Part shown: positions 23,029 to 33,799 of the stretch, piece by piece
How positions within the stretch are numbered: position 1 is the first letter of the stretch
Layout of the letters: each line of letters starts with the position of its first letter
Assembly (NCBI RefSeq): GCF_001194135.2
Contig: NC_068986.1
Coordinates: 49,585,924 to 49,636,469 of the forward strand
Reading direction: 5' to 3'
DNA: 50,546 bases
Source of the DNA: Octopus bimaculoides
Taxonomy: Eukaryota
Made by a program: the position numbers and the translations under genes
The notes under the pieces: generated by a model
Database searches by the model: none
Seen by the model: only the letters and a program-made list of their open reading frames with translations
What the model was told of the DNA's origin: nothing

Positions 23029-23261
23029 CAGGTTTGGCCAAAAGTCACCTGACAGTAAATCAAAATTCCATAAATTCTATCTGTAATTCTGTGTTGACTT
23101 GTAATGGAAAAATGTGTCACTCAAGAAAGATTTCAGTTTGAACAATTTTCATGATGCTTCATATTTAGATGCTTTTATTAAATTCATTCAGTTGTTAAAC
23201 ATAAATCTTGGAATTATTAAATGGTTTTGAATTACTGTCAGGTGACTTTTGGTCAACCCTG
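23029..23261. mobile_element. Tc1/mariner-type MITE
   Basis: TA|CAGGTTTGGCCAAAAGTCACCTGACAGTAA ... TTACTGTCAGGTGACTTTTGGTCAACCCTG|TA; about 30-bp TIRs, inserted in TA repeats. Confidence 0.85.
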
Positions 23262-23297
<36 letters not shown>

Positions 23298-23364
23298 CAT
23301 ATATATAATATATATACGCATGTGTGTGTATGTGTGTGTGTATATATACATATATATGCATGTG

Positions 23365-23412
<48 letters not shown>

Positions 23413-23455
23413 TTCACATGTGCCACATCATTCTGACTCCTGTGTATACCTTGCC

Positions 23456-23490
<35 letters not shown>

Positions 23491-23794
23491 TTCATTCACA
23501 AAACTCTTGAAATATTTCACTTTCTACTTAAACCAAAGATTTCTTACCAACAGGGTCTTGGCCTCAGGTTTTCGTCCGAAGACTGATTCTAGTCAGGTGC
23601 CACTTCAGCACAATATAAGGCAACAAGGTATCAATACATGGCAACAAACTCTAGTTGTCAGTTTAAATTGGAACTTTTGCATTTCTGAAAAATACATGGT
23701 ACAAAAATAAATAAATAAAAATATAAGATTTTTTTAAAAACATCTTTGTGTTAGGAATGTGTAGAAATATATATTCAAATCTCATGTAAATTAA

Positions 23795-23970
23795 TCTTTT
23801 TGCGTTCGGATTACTCAGTCAAATGTAATGCTTACTTATGCACATTGTTTTGAATTAACCATGCATGACATTGCACCTTCGAGATTTTGACAACATGGTG
23901 GCTTATTTTTAAAATGACATTGTAGGGTAGGTGTGAGAGGAAGGATCTGGCCAGTTTAAATGCTAAAAGG
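23795..23970. mobile_element. piggyBac-type MITE, degenerate
   Basis: Same family as 42931; ends aatgctaaaagg|ttaa, with ttaa at 23791-23794. Confidence 0.7.
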
Positions 23971-24090
23971 TTAAACAAGGTCATGTATCTGTGCAATCAG
24001 CTGTACAGATCAGTGGTTCTCAACCATTTTTTGCCTATGAATCACTTTGGTTCCTGTTATACTTTACTGGACAATAGAAGTGTTAAGACT

Positions 24091-24480
24091 CTTTTACTCT
24101 TTTACTTGTTTCAGTCATTTGACTGCGGCCATGCTGGAGCACTGCCTTTAGTTGAGAAAATCGACCCCAGGACTTATTCTTTGTAAGCCTAGTACTTATT
24201 CTATCGGTCTCCTTTTGCCAAACCGCTAAGTTATGGGGACATAAACACACCAGCATCGGTTGTCAAGTGATGGTGGGGGGACAAACACAGACACACATAC
24301 ATACAAAGATATATATATATATATATATACATACATATATATACGACGGGCTTCTTCCAGTTTCTGTCTACCAAATCCACTCACAAGGCTTTGGTTGGCC
24401 CGAGGCTATTGTAGAAAATACTGAACCTGGAGCCATGTGGTTGGTAAGCAAGCTACTTACCACACAGCCACTCCTGCGCC
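24091..24480 (-). mobile_element. SINE family A nested in hAT MITE
   Basis: Reverse complement of the family A consensus, ending cacagccactcctgcgcc. Confidence 0.8.
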
Positions 24481-24499
24481 TAGTCTGACTGGTCATTAT

Positions 24500-24815
24500 G
24501 GTGGTGTAAAGCACTTGTGTTGTTACCACGTAAAATCACCCATGTGGTACCATGTGAAAGCACCTATGCGGTGCCATGTAAAAATAGTTGTGCGATGCCA
24601 CATAAAAGCACTCATGTGGTACCACATGAAAGTACCCGTTTGGCACCACATAAAAGCACCCATGTGATGCCATGAAAATGCACCAGTGCAATTCCACAAG
24701 AAGGGCATCCAACTGTAGAAACCTTGCCAAATCAGACTGGAGCCTGGTGCAGCTCTCCAGCTCTGGCTCTGGTCAAACAATCCAACCCATACCAGCTTGG
24801 ACAACAGACGTTAAA
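24500..24815 (+). mobile_element. SINE family D with amplified 24-bp subrepeat
   Basis: About 7 units of gtgccacgtaaaagcacccatgcg followed by aagggcatccaactgtagaaac. Confidence 0.7.
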
Positions 24816-24949
24816 TTTTGATGGATGGCCATAGCCATTTGATATTTAAATAAACTCCGATTATATTTTTATAATTAATTATTAGGAATTGTATAAAAAA
24901 ACAATTGCTAAAATGTTTTGTGCATTATAGAAGTCTAAGCAATTTATTT

Positions 24950-25350
24950 TATTTCTTTTACTTGTTGCAGTCATATGACTGCGACCATGCTAGAGCACTG
25001 CCTTAAAAGGTTTTAATTACAGAAATCAACCCCAGGACTTGTTTTGTAAGCCTAGTACTTATCCTATTGGCCGCTTTGCCAAACAGCTAAGTTACAGGGA
25101 CCTAAATACACCAACATTGGTTGTCAAGTGATCGTGGTGGTGGTGGTGGTGGGATCAAACACAGACACACACAAATATATACATAAAACTATATATATAT
25201 GATAGGCTTCTTTCAGTTTCCATCTACCAAATCCACTCACAAGGTTTTGGTCAGCCTGAGGCTATAATAGAAGACACTTGCCCAAGGTGCTGCACAGTGG
25301 AACCATGTGGTAAGGAAGCAAGCTTCTTACCACACAGCCATGCCTGCACC
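24950..25350 (-). mobile_element. SINE family A nested in hAT MITE
   Basis: Reverse complement of the family A consensus. Confidence 0.75.
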
Positions 25351-25435
25351 CATTGTACATAAATTTTAACAACAAAATCTTATATGGTCCCGCAAGGGTC
25401 AAATGGACCCTAGTTGAGAACCCATGGTTATAGAT

Positions 25436-25603
25436 CAGAGCTCTGCAACTTTTTTTTCCAGTTGCAGTACACTTACATTCCTTTGAAAATTCGGTGGCAT
25501 ATCTGAACTCAAAATATGACTAAAAGTATAGAGGAAAAAAATTATATTCAGGTTACAATGTGGCACACCAGTGTGCCGCTGGCATGCCAATTACGGAGCA
25601 CTG
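25436..25603. mobile_element. Second hAT MITE
   Basis: TIRs CAGAGCTCTGCAA / TTACGGAGCACTG; internal ggcacaccagtgtgcc palindrome; flanks ttatagat / gtctagat. Confidence 0.65.
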
Positions 25604-25849
25604 GTCTAGATGACTGTACACATCAATTGAGTGTACTGCTAAATACAGATGACCATTGCAACTCCTAAGTTGTACTGGAAGACCTAATTGTTATGGAAGG
25701 TATTAATGTCACGACTACATCATTGTCTCCCCAACAACAACACTGACCACCTATAAAACCTGAAGCTTCAGAACTTTGTTGGAAGTCCATCATAACCATG
25801 ACACTGTTGTTGTCAATATCATTATGTTTTTGTTATTGATGTTGGTGCT

Positions 25850-26213
25850 AAAAACTACCACCACCACCACTACCACCACCACCACCACCACCAGCATCTT
25901 CACGCCCTCACTACGATCACTGCCACCATCACCCCTTCATCACTATCATCACCAGCAGCAGTCCCCACCTGCCCACCATCACCATCATCAACATCAATAC
26001 CACCCTCACCACCACAACCATCAACACGACCACCACCACTGCCATCATTAACACCGTCATCACAAGCACCAACATTGTCATCACCACTAGAATCAGTAAA
26101 ATTACTTTAGAAGCAATTTCAAAGGAAAGGCCAGCAAAGGAAAAGAATGAAAATGTAATNNNNNNNNNNAGCAAAGGAAAAGAATGAAAATGTAATTTTT
26201 TTGAGAGGGTTTG

Positions 26214-26265
<52 letters not shown>

Positions 26266-27130
26266 GTGATAGAGAGAGAGAGAGAACAAGAGAAGAGAAA
26301 AGAAGAGACAGTAACACATACACACACGCATACACATATACACTAACCACTCACATATACGCACAACAGATGTAATACAGCTACTGCAGTCGCTGCTGGT
26401 GCTGCTACTGTTGTTGTTGTTGTTGTTGTTGCTGTTAGTAAATGTGGCAGTGGAAATGGCAAGTGAGCTCTGCTGTATGCTGACATACACCCAATCCATC
26501 AAAGCAAAGAGCAGTAAAGTTAGCGCTATCAGTCACAGACCTTCTGGCAGCTTTATAGTACCTTGCCTTTTACTACACCCCCTTCGCACCACCACCACAG
26601 ACACCACAGACACACACAAGCACAAACACACATACATATACATACATACATACATACATACATACACAAATGCTCACTCTTCAGTACACTGAAACCTAGT
26701 GTAATGTGGCAGCTAACCAAATTTACTTCAATTTTCTTTCAATTTTGACATTATACTAATGAAATATGCTCCTTTTCCTTTTGACACAATGGTGATAGTG
26801 GCAGTGGTGGTGGTGGAGATGGCAGTGGTATGCTTCATGATGATGATGATGCTAGGGATGATGAAGATGATCAGGCTGCCGTTGATGATTGTGATAATGA
26901 TGATTATGGTGGTGGCGATACTGATGATGATGATGATCATGAACGTGTTGGTGTTGACGTCTGTGATAATGTCGACAGCGATGATGGTGATATTGATGAT
27001 GGTGGTGATACGATGATGGTGATGATGATGCTGACGAACATGTTGGTAGTGATGATGACGACGATGACAATGATGGTTTGCGGTGTAGGTGTTGACGATG
27101 ATCAGGATGGATGCTGGATGTGGCATCATT
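25850..27130. repeat. Low-complexity cluster: (CAC/CAT)n, (GA)n, (GTT)n, (TACA)n, (GAT/GGT)n
   Basis: Directly visible simple repeats. Confidence 0.9.
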
Positions 27131-27429
27131 GGTTATAGAGAAAGACATTTAGTAGAATTTGTGTGAAGATATTAATCATATTAGTGCATGTGGGCTTGGT
27201 GGATGTGGACAAGCGGCAATGACCACGGCATTAAAGTTAGTAATGATGGTAGTCACAACCCATACTTGGTATAGTGGTTGTGTTGGTGACGACATGGTCG
27301 TTGGATGTTTTGTAGCCCTCTTCCCTCCTCTCGCTTCTGATCAGTCTTCACCGAGTAGACCAGTGTCAGAGTAGTAGATGGTCAAATGACATAATGAGAA
27401 CCACAGATCTATGAATGATATTTTTCTTT

Positions 27430-28075
27430 TGTTTTTTTTTTTTTTTTTTTTTTTTACTTAGCGGGCCTGGAGAAAGGGACAGGGCCCATTGCCTTTGCTG
27501 GTCCTCTTATACTGATGAAAGAGGGAATGAGAGAGAAACAGGGAAATTCAAGGTGTTGAAAAATGTTAATAGCTAATCTCCATTACCATGGCGATGTTGG
27601 AAGTGAGCACAGCAGGACAATGGTAGGCAGAGTATGAAGGGTTATGTTTACAGGGAAAGCAAAACAATACGGCATGATTAAGATCAGGGTTCAACCCTTT
27701 TGAGAGCGCAAAACTGAAGAGTCTGATAAGAAATGCAGTTTGAGAGTGTGGAAAAAATGCTGTCAGGGCTGGTAACCTTGTTGGTTTGAAGCAACCAGAG
27801 TTACTTTCACACTTGGCATGTGTTTATGCAAAGCGGAAATACTTGGAGGGGTAGATAGAAAGGAATAAATCTGCCAAATGTGTAGTGTAAAGGGTGATGT
27901 AGAGGGTAGAGCAAAGGTGGGATCTATCATAGAGTTTTTGCTACTGAGAACTGGAGAGCAGTGCCGAGAGTATGATGCTTGTATTTCATGTTCTTTGATG
28001 TTTCTGATCCAGAAAGGGTCTTGTGTATTTTGTGGGCTAATTTCTAAGAGGCTGATATTAATTTCATGAATGAAA
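27430..28075 (-). mobile_element. Probable 3' end of a non-LTR retrotransposon (unclassified)
   Basis: On the minus strand the sequence ends in a hairpin GGGCC..GGCCC (27463-27487) followed immediately by a ~35-nt poly(A). The upstream portion is weakly protein-like; no diagnostic motif is seen. Confidence 0.4.
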
Positions 28076-28082
28076 GAAGAAT

Positions 28083-28116
<34 letters not shown>

Positions 28117-28119
<3 letters not shown>

Positions 28120-28260
28120 TAGAATGGTACAACAATGTACTATAAAACAAAAAATGGACTATATACCTGTTGTAATTTGGTTCCGACTATAGATAACCAA
28201 ATTACAACAGGTATATAGTCCGTTCTTTGTTTTGTAGTGCATTGTTGTACTATTCTAAAC
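28117..28260. repeat. Foldback palindrome, 66-bp arms, 12-nt loop
   Basis: Arms 28117-28182 and 28195-28260 are 61/66 reverse-complementary by manual alignment. Confidence 0.95.
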
Positions 28261-28320
28261 TTTTTATTCTTTACAAACAATACACAATGCTTCAAGCGAA
28301 CTACAATACTCTCCTATATA

Positions 28321-28718
28321 TATATCATCTTCCACCAGAGCCCTTCTGTCTATCAAATAACAGAAATACTATAGGAAAATTAAGAATCTCAGATTCTTCA
28401 GTGCTTTTGGGAATCACAAACATTTGAGGAACAATGAATAGTAGTAACTACCAGGACATCAGTGAGTTTGTGGGAAAATTTGGGGAATGTAAAAAGAGTA
28501 AGCAAGAGAACAGATACCTGTGGCATGCTATTCAGGTAATTACACATACCAGGGTTAAATACATACTTGTACTATACACTGGTTTGGCAATCTAAAATAT
28601 AATTCATTAGGTAAATGTTTGTGATTCCTAAAGGTCCTCAATAATCTGAGATTCTGAATTTAACCTATAACATTTCTGGTATTTGATACACAGAAGGGAA
28701 CAGGTGGAAGATGATATA
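28321..28718. repeat. Inverted repeat, about 105-bp arms, about 190-bp spacer
   Basis: 28321-28425 versus the reverse complement of 28613-28718 is roughly 85% identical by manual alignment. Confidence 0.9.
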
Positions 28719-28721
28719 GGG

Positions 28722-28850
28722 GGAGAATTCAGAAAAAAAAAACAAAGGATGAAGACAGATGGTGTAGACAACAAACAGATGTATTAGTTTAACGCTTGGG
28801 AAGTGAAAAAGTCTTTAATGTTTCGAGGCTACGCTCTTCGTGAAATGAAA
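28722..28850 (-). mobile_element. Probable PLE pseudo-LTR segment with degenerate hammerhead-like motif; second copy at 48140-48333
   Basis: Two dispersed copies share agaattca...gatgaagacag.tggtgtagacaacaaacagatgtattag...gtttcgag.ctac.ctcttc. The minus strand reads GAAGAG-CGTAG(G/C)-CTCGAAAC. Confidence 0.5.
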
Positions 28851-28974
28851 TCAGACTAACTTTACCGTTACACTGCAGTCTAGTCAATGTGTATTGTCCT
28901 TCCATTCACTCACAGAAGCATGTCATGTGTGTGTGTGTATATATATATATATCGATGAGCTACCTATGTAAAAC

Positions 28975-29285
28975 GAAACAGCGTGACGCAGGTCTCCAAG
29001 AGAATTTCGAACCATTATTCTTCATTTAGGGATAGGAATAAAGCTAGCATCACCGGCCTAAGTAAATTTATTTGGGAACTGAAAGATTGCAATAAACAAT
29101 TCTCTTTGGAATGGTCTATACTGGCTACCTCAGTTCCCTACGACAAAGGTAAGGATTTTTGTCCTCTTTGTAACTTGGAGCTTTTCCATATTCTGTTCTC
29201 CGAGAATCGCCTAGTTAACCAGATAACACAGAGGGCGTATCGTTGTCAGCACTTCAAGAGACATACCTTCATTTATTATCATTGA
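28975..29285 (+). mobile_element. Penelope-like element GIY-YIG endonuclease C-terminal fragment
   Basis: RISNHYSSF...TGLSKFIWELKD...SLEWSILA...YDKGKDFCPLCNLE...LVNQ...RCQH matches the R..NH..SF / LSK.IW.LK / W.IL / C.LC..E / LN / C.H pattern of PLE endonucleases. Confidence 0.8.
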
Positions 29286-29384
29286 TTCCATCCTTCCAAC
29301 TAATTTAGGTTTTAAGTATTATTATTATTATTATAATTATCATTATTATCATATTTTTTTTTTTTACCAAATGTCCTCTGAATA

Positions 29385-29945
29385 CTATCTACTTCTACAT
29401 CCACTGCCACTTGTCTTTTATTTTGCCCTTCTATAGTTGATTAAGTAATTTCCTTCCCAGTAATGCTACTTGAGTTGCTTTGTACCACTAGTTGCTTTGC
29501 CTTATATCCGATCTCCTCTTTATAAGCATGTATATTGTTGTCATTATTATTTCTCAACAAAATATCTTGTACCTTGTTCTTCCATTGATTTGCGTTAACA
29601 TCCATATATTAATATATTACAAGGTAATGATGTTTCATTTATCATGTTTACATTCTTTGCTTCAAATCAGTATGTTATTAATCTTAATATTTTTAATATA
29701 ATCTTAAACAATATCTATTTCTGCTTCAATCACCACTTGTTCTTTATTTTCCCCTTCTATAGTTAGTTAAGTAAATTATTCCTTGTAATGTCACACTGAT
29801 TGTTGTTCGTACCATCGGTAACTTCAACTAGATATTTCCGATCTTCTTGTAAGAGTGTACATTATTATTATTATTATTTCTCAACTCAATATCCTGTACC
29901 TTGTTTTACCATTAACTTGCGTTAATATCTGTATAATAATATAAT
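29385..29945 (+). repeat. Diverged tandem duplication, period about 326 bp
   Basis: cccttctatagtt occurs at 29426 and 29752; flanking blocks align (ccacttgt..tttattt, tcctgtaccttgtt, ttgcgttaa). Confidence 0.8.
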
Positions 29946-29947
29946 AC

Positions 29948-31288
29948 ACTAGCAGAAATACTCGGCTTTGCCAGGGTTAAAGAGAATAATGAAATCTAAA
30001 AACGCCGTCTAGACTATGCAACCCTCAACTGTTAGTAGCTACGATACCATATTTCTACATTAATAACTCTCCAATCCATGCCAGCATGGAACATAGACAT
30101 TAAGTGGAATGCCAGTCTCTCATCTAGGAGGGCCTTGAAATCAATGTTACCAACTGGGGACTATGTGTGTCGTAGTGATAATAAAAAGACCCAAAGGAGG
30201 TCTGCAACGAAATAATTTTACTCAACACTTTGCAAGTGAATCAGTGGAGGCAAAGATGCGTCTCATTTACTTGACAATTTATGCACCACATTGCAGAAAT
30301 CACAATGTAAGTATATCTGAAAGGGTAGTCTTACACTGTTGTACCGTTGNNNNNNNNNNNNNNNNNNNNNNNNNNNNNNNNNNNNNNNNNNNNNNNNNNN
30401 NNNNNNNNNNNNNNNNNNNNNNNNNNNNNNNNNNNNNNNNNNNNNNNNNNNNNNNNNNNNNNNNNNNNNNNNNNNNNNNNNNNNNNNNNNNNNNNNNNNN
30501 NNNNNNNNNNNNNNNNNNNNNNNNNNNNNNNNNNNNNNNNNNNNNNNNNNNNNNNNNNNNNNNNNNNNNNNNNNNNNNNNNNNNNNNNNNNNNNNNNNNN
30601 NNNNNNNNNNNNNNNNNNNNNNNNNNNNNNNNNNNNNNNNNNNNNNNNNNNNNNNNNNNNNNNNNNNNNNNNNNNNNNNNNNNNNNNNNNNNNNNNNNNN
30701 NNNNNNNNNNNNNNNNNNNNNNNNNNNNNNNNNNNNNNNNNNNNNNNNNNNNNNNNNNNNNNNNNNNNNNNNNNNNNNNNNNNNNNNNNNNNNNNNNNNN
30801 NNNNNNNNNNNNNNNNNNNNNNNNNNNNNNNNNNNNNNNNNNNNNNNNNNNNNNNNNNNNNNNNNNNNNNNNNNNNNNNNNNNNNNNNNNNNNNNNNNNN
30901 NNNNNNNNNNNNNNNNNNNNNNNNNNNNNNNNNNNNNNNNNNNNNNNNNNNNNNNNNNNNNNNNNNNNNNNNNNNNNNNNNNNNNNNNNNNNNNNNNNNN
31001 NNNNNNNNNNNNNNNNNGTTAGTAGAATAGTTTCATTTTTAAAGTGAAAGTATTTGACATGAGTGTTTTTGTTTCACTTTTGACACGTAATACTGAAATA
31101 GTGGAGGAGATATTATGTTGCCGTGGGCTCGAACTCTGCAAGAAGTTAAAATTTTTTTTGACTAAAACACAACTGGAACCCTAAGTAAGGCATCTGTAAA
31201 ATTTGAATGAAATTGGTTGTGTAGTTCTCGAGTTTTAGGGATTCACACAGACAGACAGACACACATTCTCATTTTTATATATATAGAT
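29948..31288 (+). mobile_element. Helitron/Helentron-like non-autonomous element spanning a gap
   Basis: 5' actagcagaaatactcggctttgccaggg hairpin; 3' aaatttgaatgaaattggttgtgtagttctcgagtttt...(GACA)n...tttatatatatagat, typical of DINE-1/Lep1-like ends. Continuity across the N-gap is assumed. Confidence 0.5.
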
Positions 31289-31792
31289 TACTAGGCTATG
31301 ATGCTTTATTTATTTTTTATATTAACTTTCTTCGCTTTATATTAGTATGTCATTAGTTTTTTCCTTAACGAGAAAATCTTTTTATATATGATGAACTCTC
31401 TTAATTCTCTCCCTTCCACTTTTGAATTAGCTTTTAGTTTACGACTTCAGTTTACTTTACTGTGATCCATTTTGCCCTCCTCCCCCCATTTTAATCATTT
31501 AATTTAAACCTTTTGTATAGCGTTTACAGACCCCTTCCCATTATAACTCGATGTAAACAAGCGTTCTTACTCCTAACGGTCACTTACTTGGCCATGTAAT
31601 ATTATAACTCGTAAGTTACCTCATCATTTCGCATTTGTCTTGCTTCTATATGTTGGTTCCCTGACGATGAATATTTGTGGAATTCCAGCAGCTCTTACTT
31701 CTTTGGAGTAGAGTACACATATATTTTGAAACATATGTAGGAATTAAAGGAACTTTTATTTATATGCGTTTTGCTCCATTTATTGTTATTAT

Positions 31793-31871
31793 TCATATAT
31801 ATATATATATATATATATATACGCACACACACACACATATACATACATAGATATACATATATACACACACA

Positions 31872-31905
<34 letters not shown>

Positions 31906-32050
31906 CATATATATATATACACACACACATATATATATACATATATATACACACACATATATATACATATACACAAATATATATATATACACATATATAT
32001 ACACACACATATGTACACACATATATACACACATATATGCATATACATAT
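31793..32050. repeat. (TA)n/(CA)n compound microsatellite
   Basis: Directly visible. Confidence 0.95.
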
Positions 32051-32476
32051 ATAAAGAAAATTAAATACAGAGATATTCTACTGACATGCAATAATTTATA
32101 TTACAATATTACATTAAACACAATGAACATACTACAACATAACATAATATTATATGAATAATTATAAAAACTGTAAAAGGCTAACAAACTGTTTCAACTT
32201 ACATATATATTTTTTGAGATATACATAATCATAGTTCCATTATATTATAAGGCACTTCAGGACCCCGAAGTTACTTATATATAATGGAACTGAGCTTATG
32301 TATATCAGAAAAAATATATGTAAGTCATAACAATCTGTTGGCCTTTTATGGTTTTTATAATTATTTATATAATATTATCTAATGCTATATTATATTCATA
32401 GTATTTAATGTAATATTGTAATGTAAGTAAATTATTGAATGTCAATAGAATATTTCTATATTTAATTTATCTTTAT
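32051..32476. repeat. Foldback palindrome, about 200-bp arms, 8-nt loop
   Basis: The left arm pairs with the right arm down to acttc-aggacccc-gaagt (32254-32271); roughly 80-85% paired. Confidence 0.92.
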
Positions 32477-32586
32477 TATTGAATTATACCAATATTTATA
32501 TGGTATCCAACTGAAGTACCAGTGAATTGGATGTTTAACACACCCCTTTGAAGGATTTCTTTTCCTCAGTTTGTTACTTTATATAC

Positions 32587-32653
<67 letters not shown>

Positions 32654-32699
32654 TACATACACATACATATATATATATACATACATATATATATATAAT

Positions 32700-33000
32700 T
32701 CACTCACAAGGCTTTGGTCAGCCTGAGACTATAGCAGAAGACAACTTGCCCAAGATGCCATGCAGTGGGACTGAACTTGGAACCATGTGGCTGGGAAACA
32801 AGCTTCTTACCACACAGCCACGACCGAATTATATATACGATGGTCTTCTTTCAGTTTCCCTTCTACAAAATACACCCACAAGGCTTTGGTAGGTCCTGGA
32901 TCATAGTAAAAGACAGTTGACCGTGGATGCCACGCAGTGGGACCGAACCTGGAACTATGTGGTTGGGAAGCAAACTCCTTGCCACACAGCCACGCCTGTA
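32700..33000 (-). mobile_element. Two tandem 5' halves of SINE family A
   Basis: Two successive heads (…cttaccacacagccacg) at about 32700-32822 and 32835-33000. Confidence 0.7.
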
Positions 33001-33207
33001 CTTCTACGACAATTACAGAGATAGGTTCAGGTGAAGAAACAGGGAAAACGTTATTAAGGCACAATAATTTTACAGCCAGTTAGTTGGGCCTTCTTTACAC
33101 AGAAACTCATCAATGATATGCGGCATCTGAATACAGACTTGAAGCCAAGTAAAGGAAGGACACAACGTTCAACAGTTTAACCGTGACAACAAAGGGTCAG
33201 CACATTA

Positions 33208-33239
<32 letters not shown>

Positions 33240-33751
33240 GTCATTATTAAACACTAGACTAACAACAGAACGGAAATTAGGGTTAAAGTGATAGTGGCAA
33301 TAAGACTGGAAATCGTTGTAATGGTGGTGGTGGTACTGGCAGTGGCTTATGTGGTGATCATATATGAGACAGTGCTATAGTATATACATCATCAACAGCA
33401 ACATGCAGACATACTAGCATATACACACACACGTTTATAGAGGCAGACAGAAAGAAACAGGGAGAAGGGTTATGTGTATGTGAGAGAGAGAGAATGAATG
33501 AATGACAATATTCATGCATAGCGATATACAGAAACACAACAAATACACAGGCACATCCAAGCACATGCACAATGCACCAAGGCTTGCACATTATGTGCAT
33601 GTATGTCGAGCTGATGGTTGCACATGAGCAGCATTCTAGTTGATGTCGGTAGACTACATCATGTAAAGTGTGGCGATAGTGGAGGTGAAAAAGAGGAAAG
33701 GGTGGACTTTAAACAAGAAGGTAAGGAGGAGCAACAAAGAAAGTGTACGTG

Positions 33752-33799
<48 letters not shown>

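Larger units (their letters stand above)
24011..25427. mobile_element. hAT (Charlie-like) MITE expanded by three nested SINEs
   Basis: TIRs CAGTGGTTCTCAAC / GTTGAGAACCCATG; 8-bp flanks gtacagat / ttatagat. Confidence 0.6.

Noticed and set aside
24500-24700. CRISPR-like appearance of regularly spaced repeats (also the family C arrays at 5-8 kb)
   Set aside because: Eukaryotic context, no unique spacers of constant length and no cas genes; explained by SINE subrepeats and SINE clusters.
26125-26200. Direct repeat gcaaaggaaaagaatgaaaatgtaat on both sides of a 10-N gap
   Set aside because: Most likely an unmerged contig overlap, not a biological duplication.
25776-27148. His-, Asp-, Thr- or Met-rich ORFs (also 38099-38624 and the YI/CV-repeat ORFs)
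   Set aside because: Open in several frames and on both strands because simple repeats lack stops; no domain content or splice support.
33070-33160. Candidate micro-exon (plus KLINDMRHLNTDLKP, or minus MPHIIDEFLCKEGPTNWL); similar candidates at about 2030-2215, 27230-27400 and 33830-33880
   Set aside because: Splice-like sites exist, but there is no recognisable homology or partner exons; they cannot be supported without RNA-seq.
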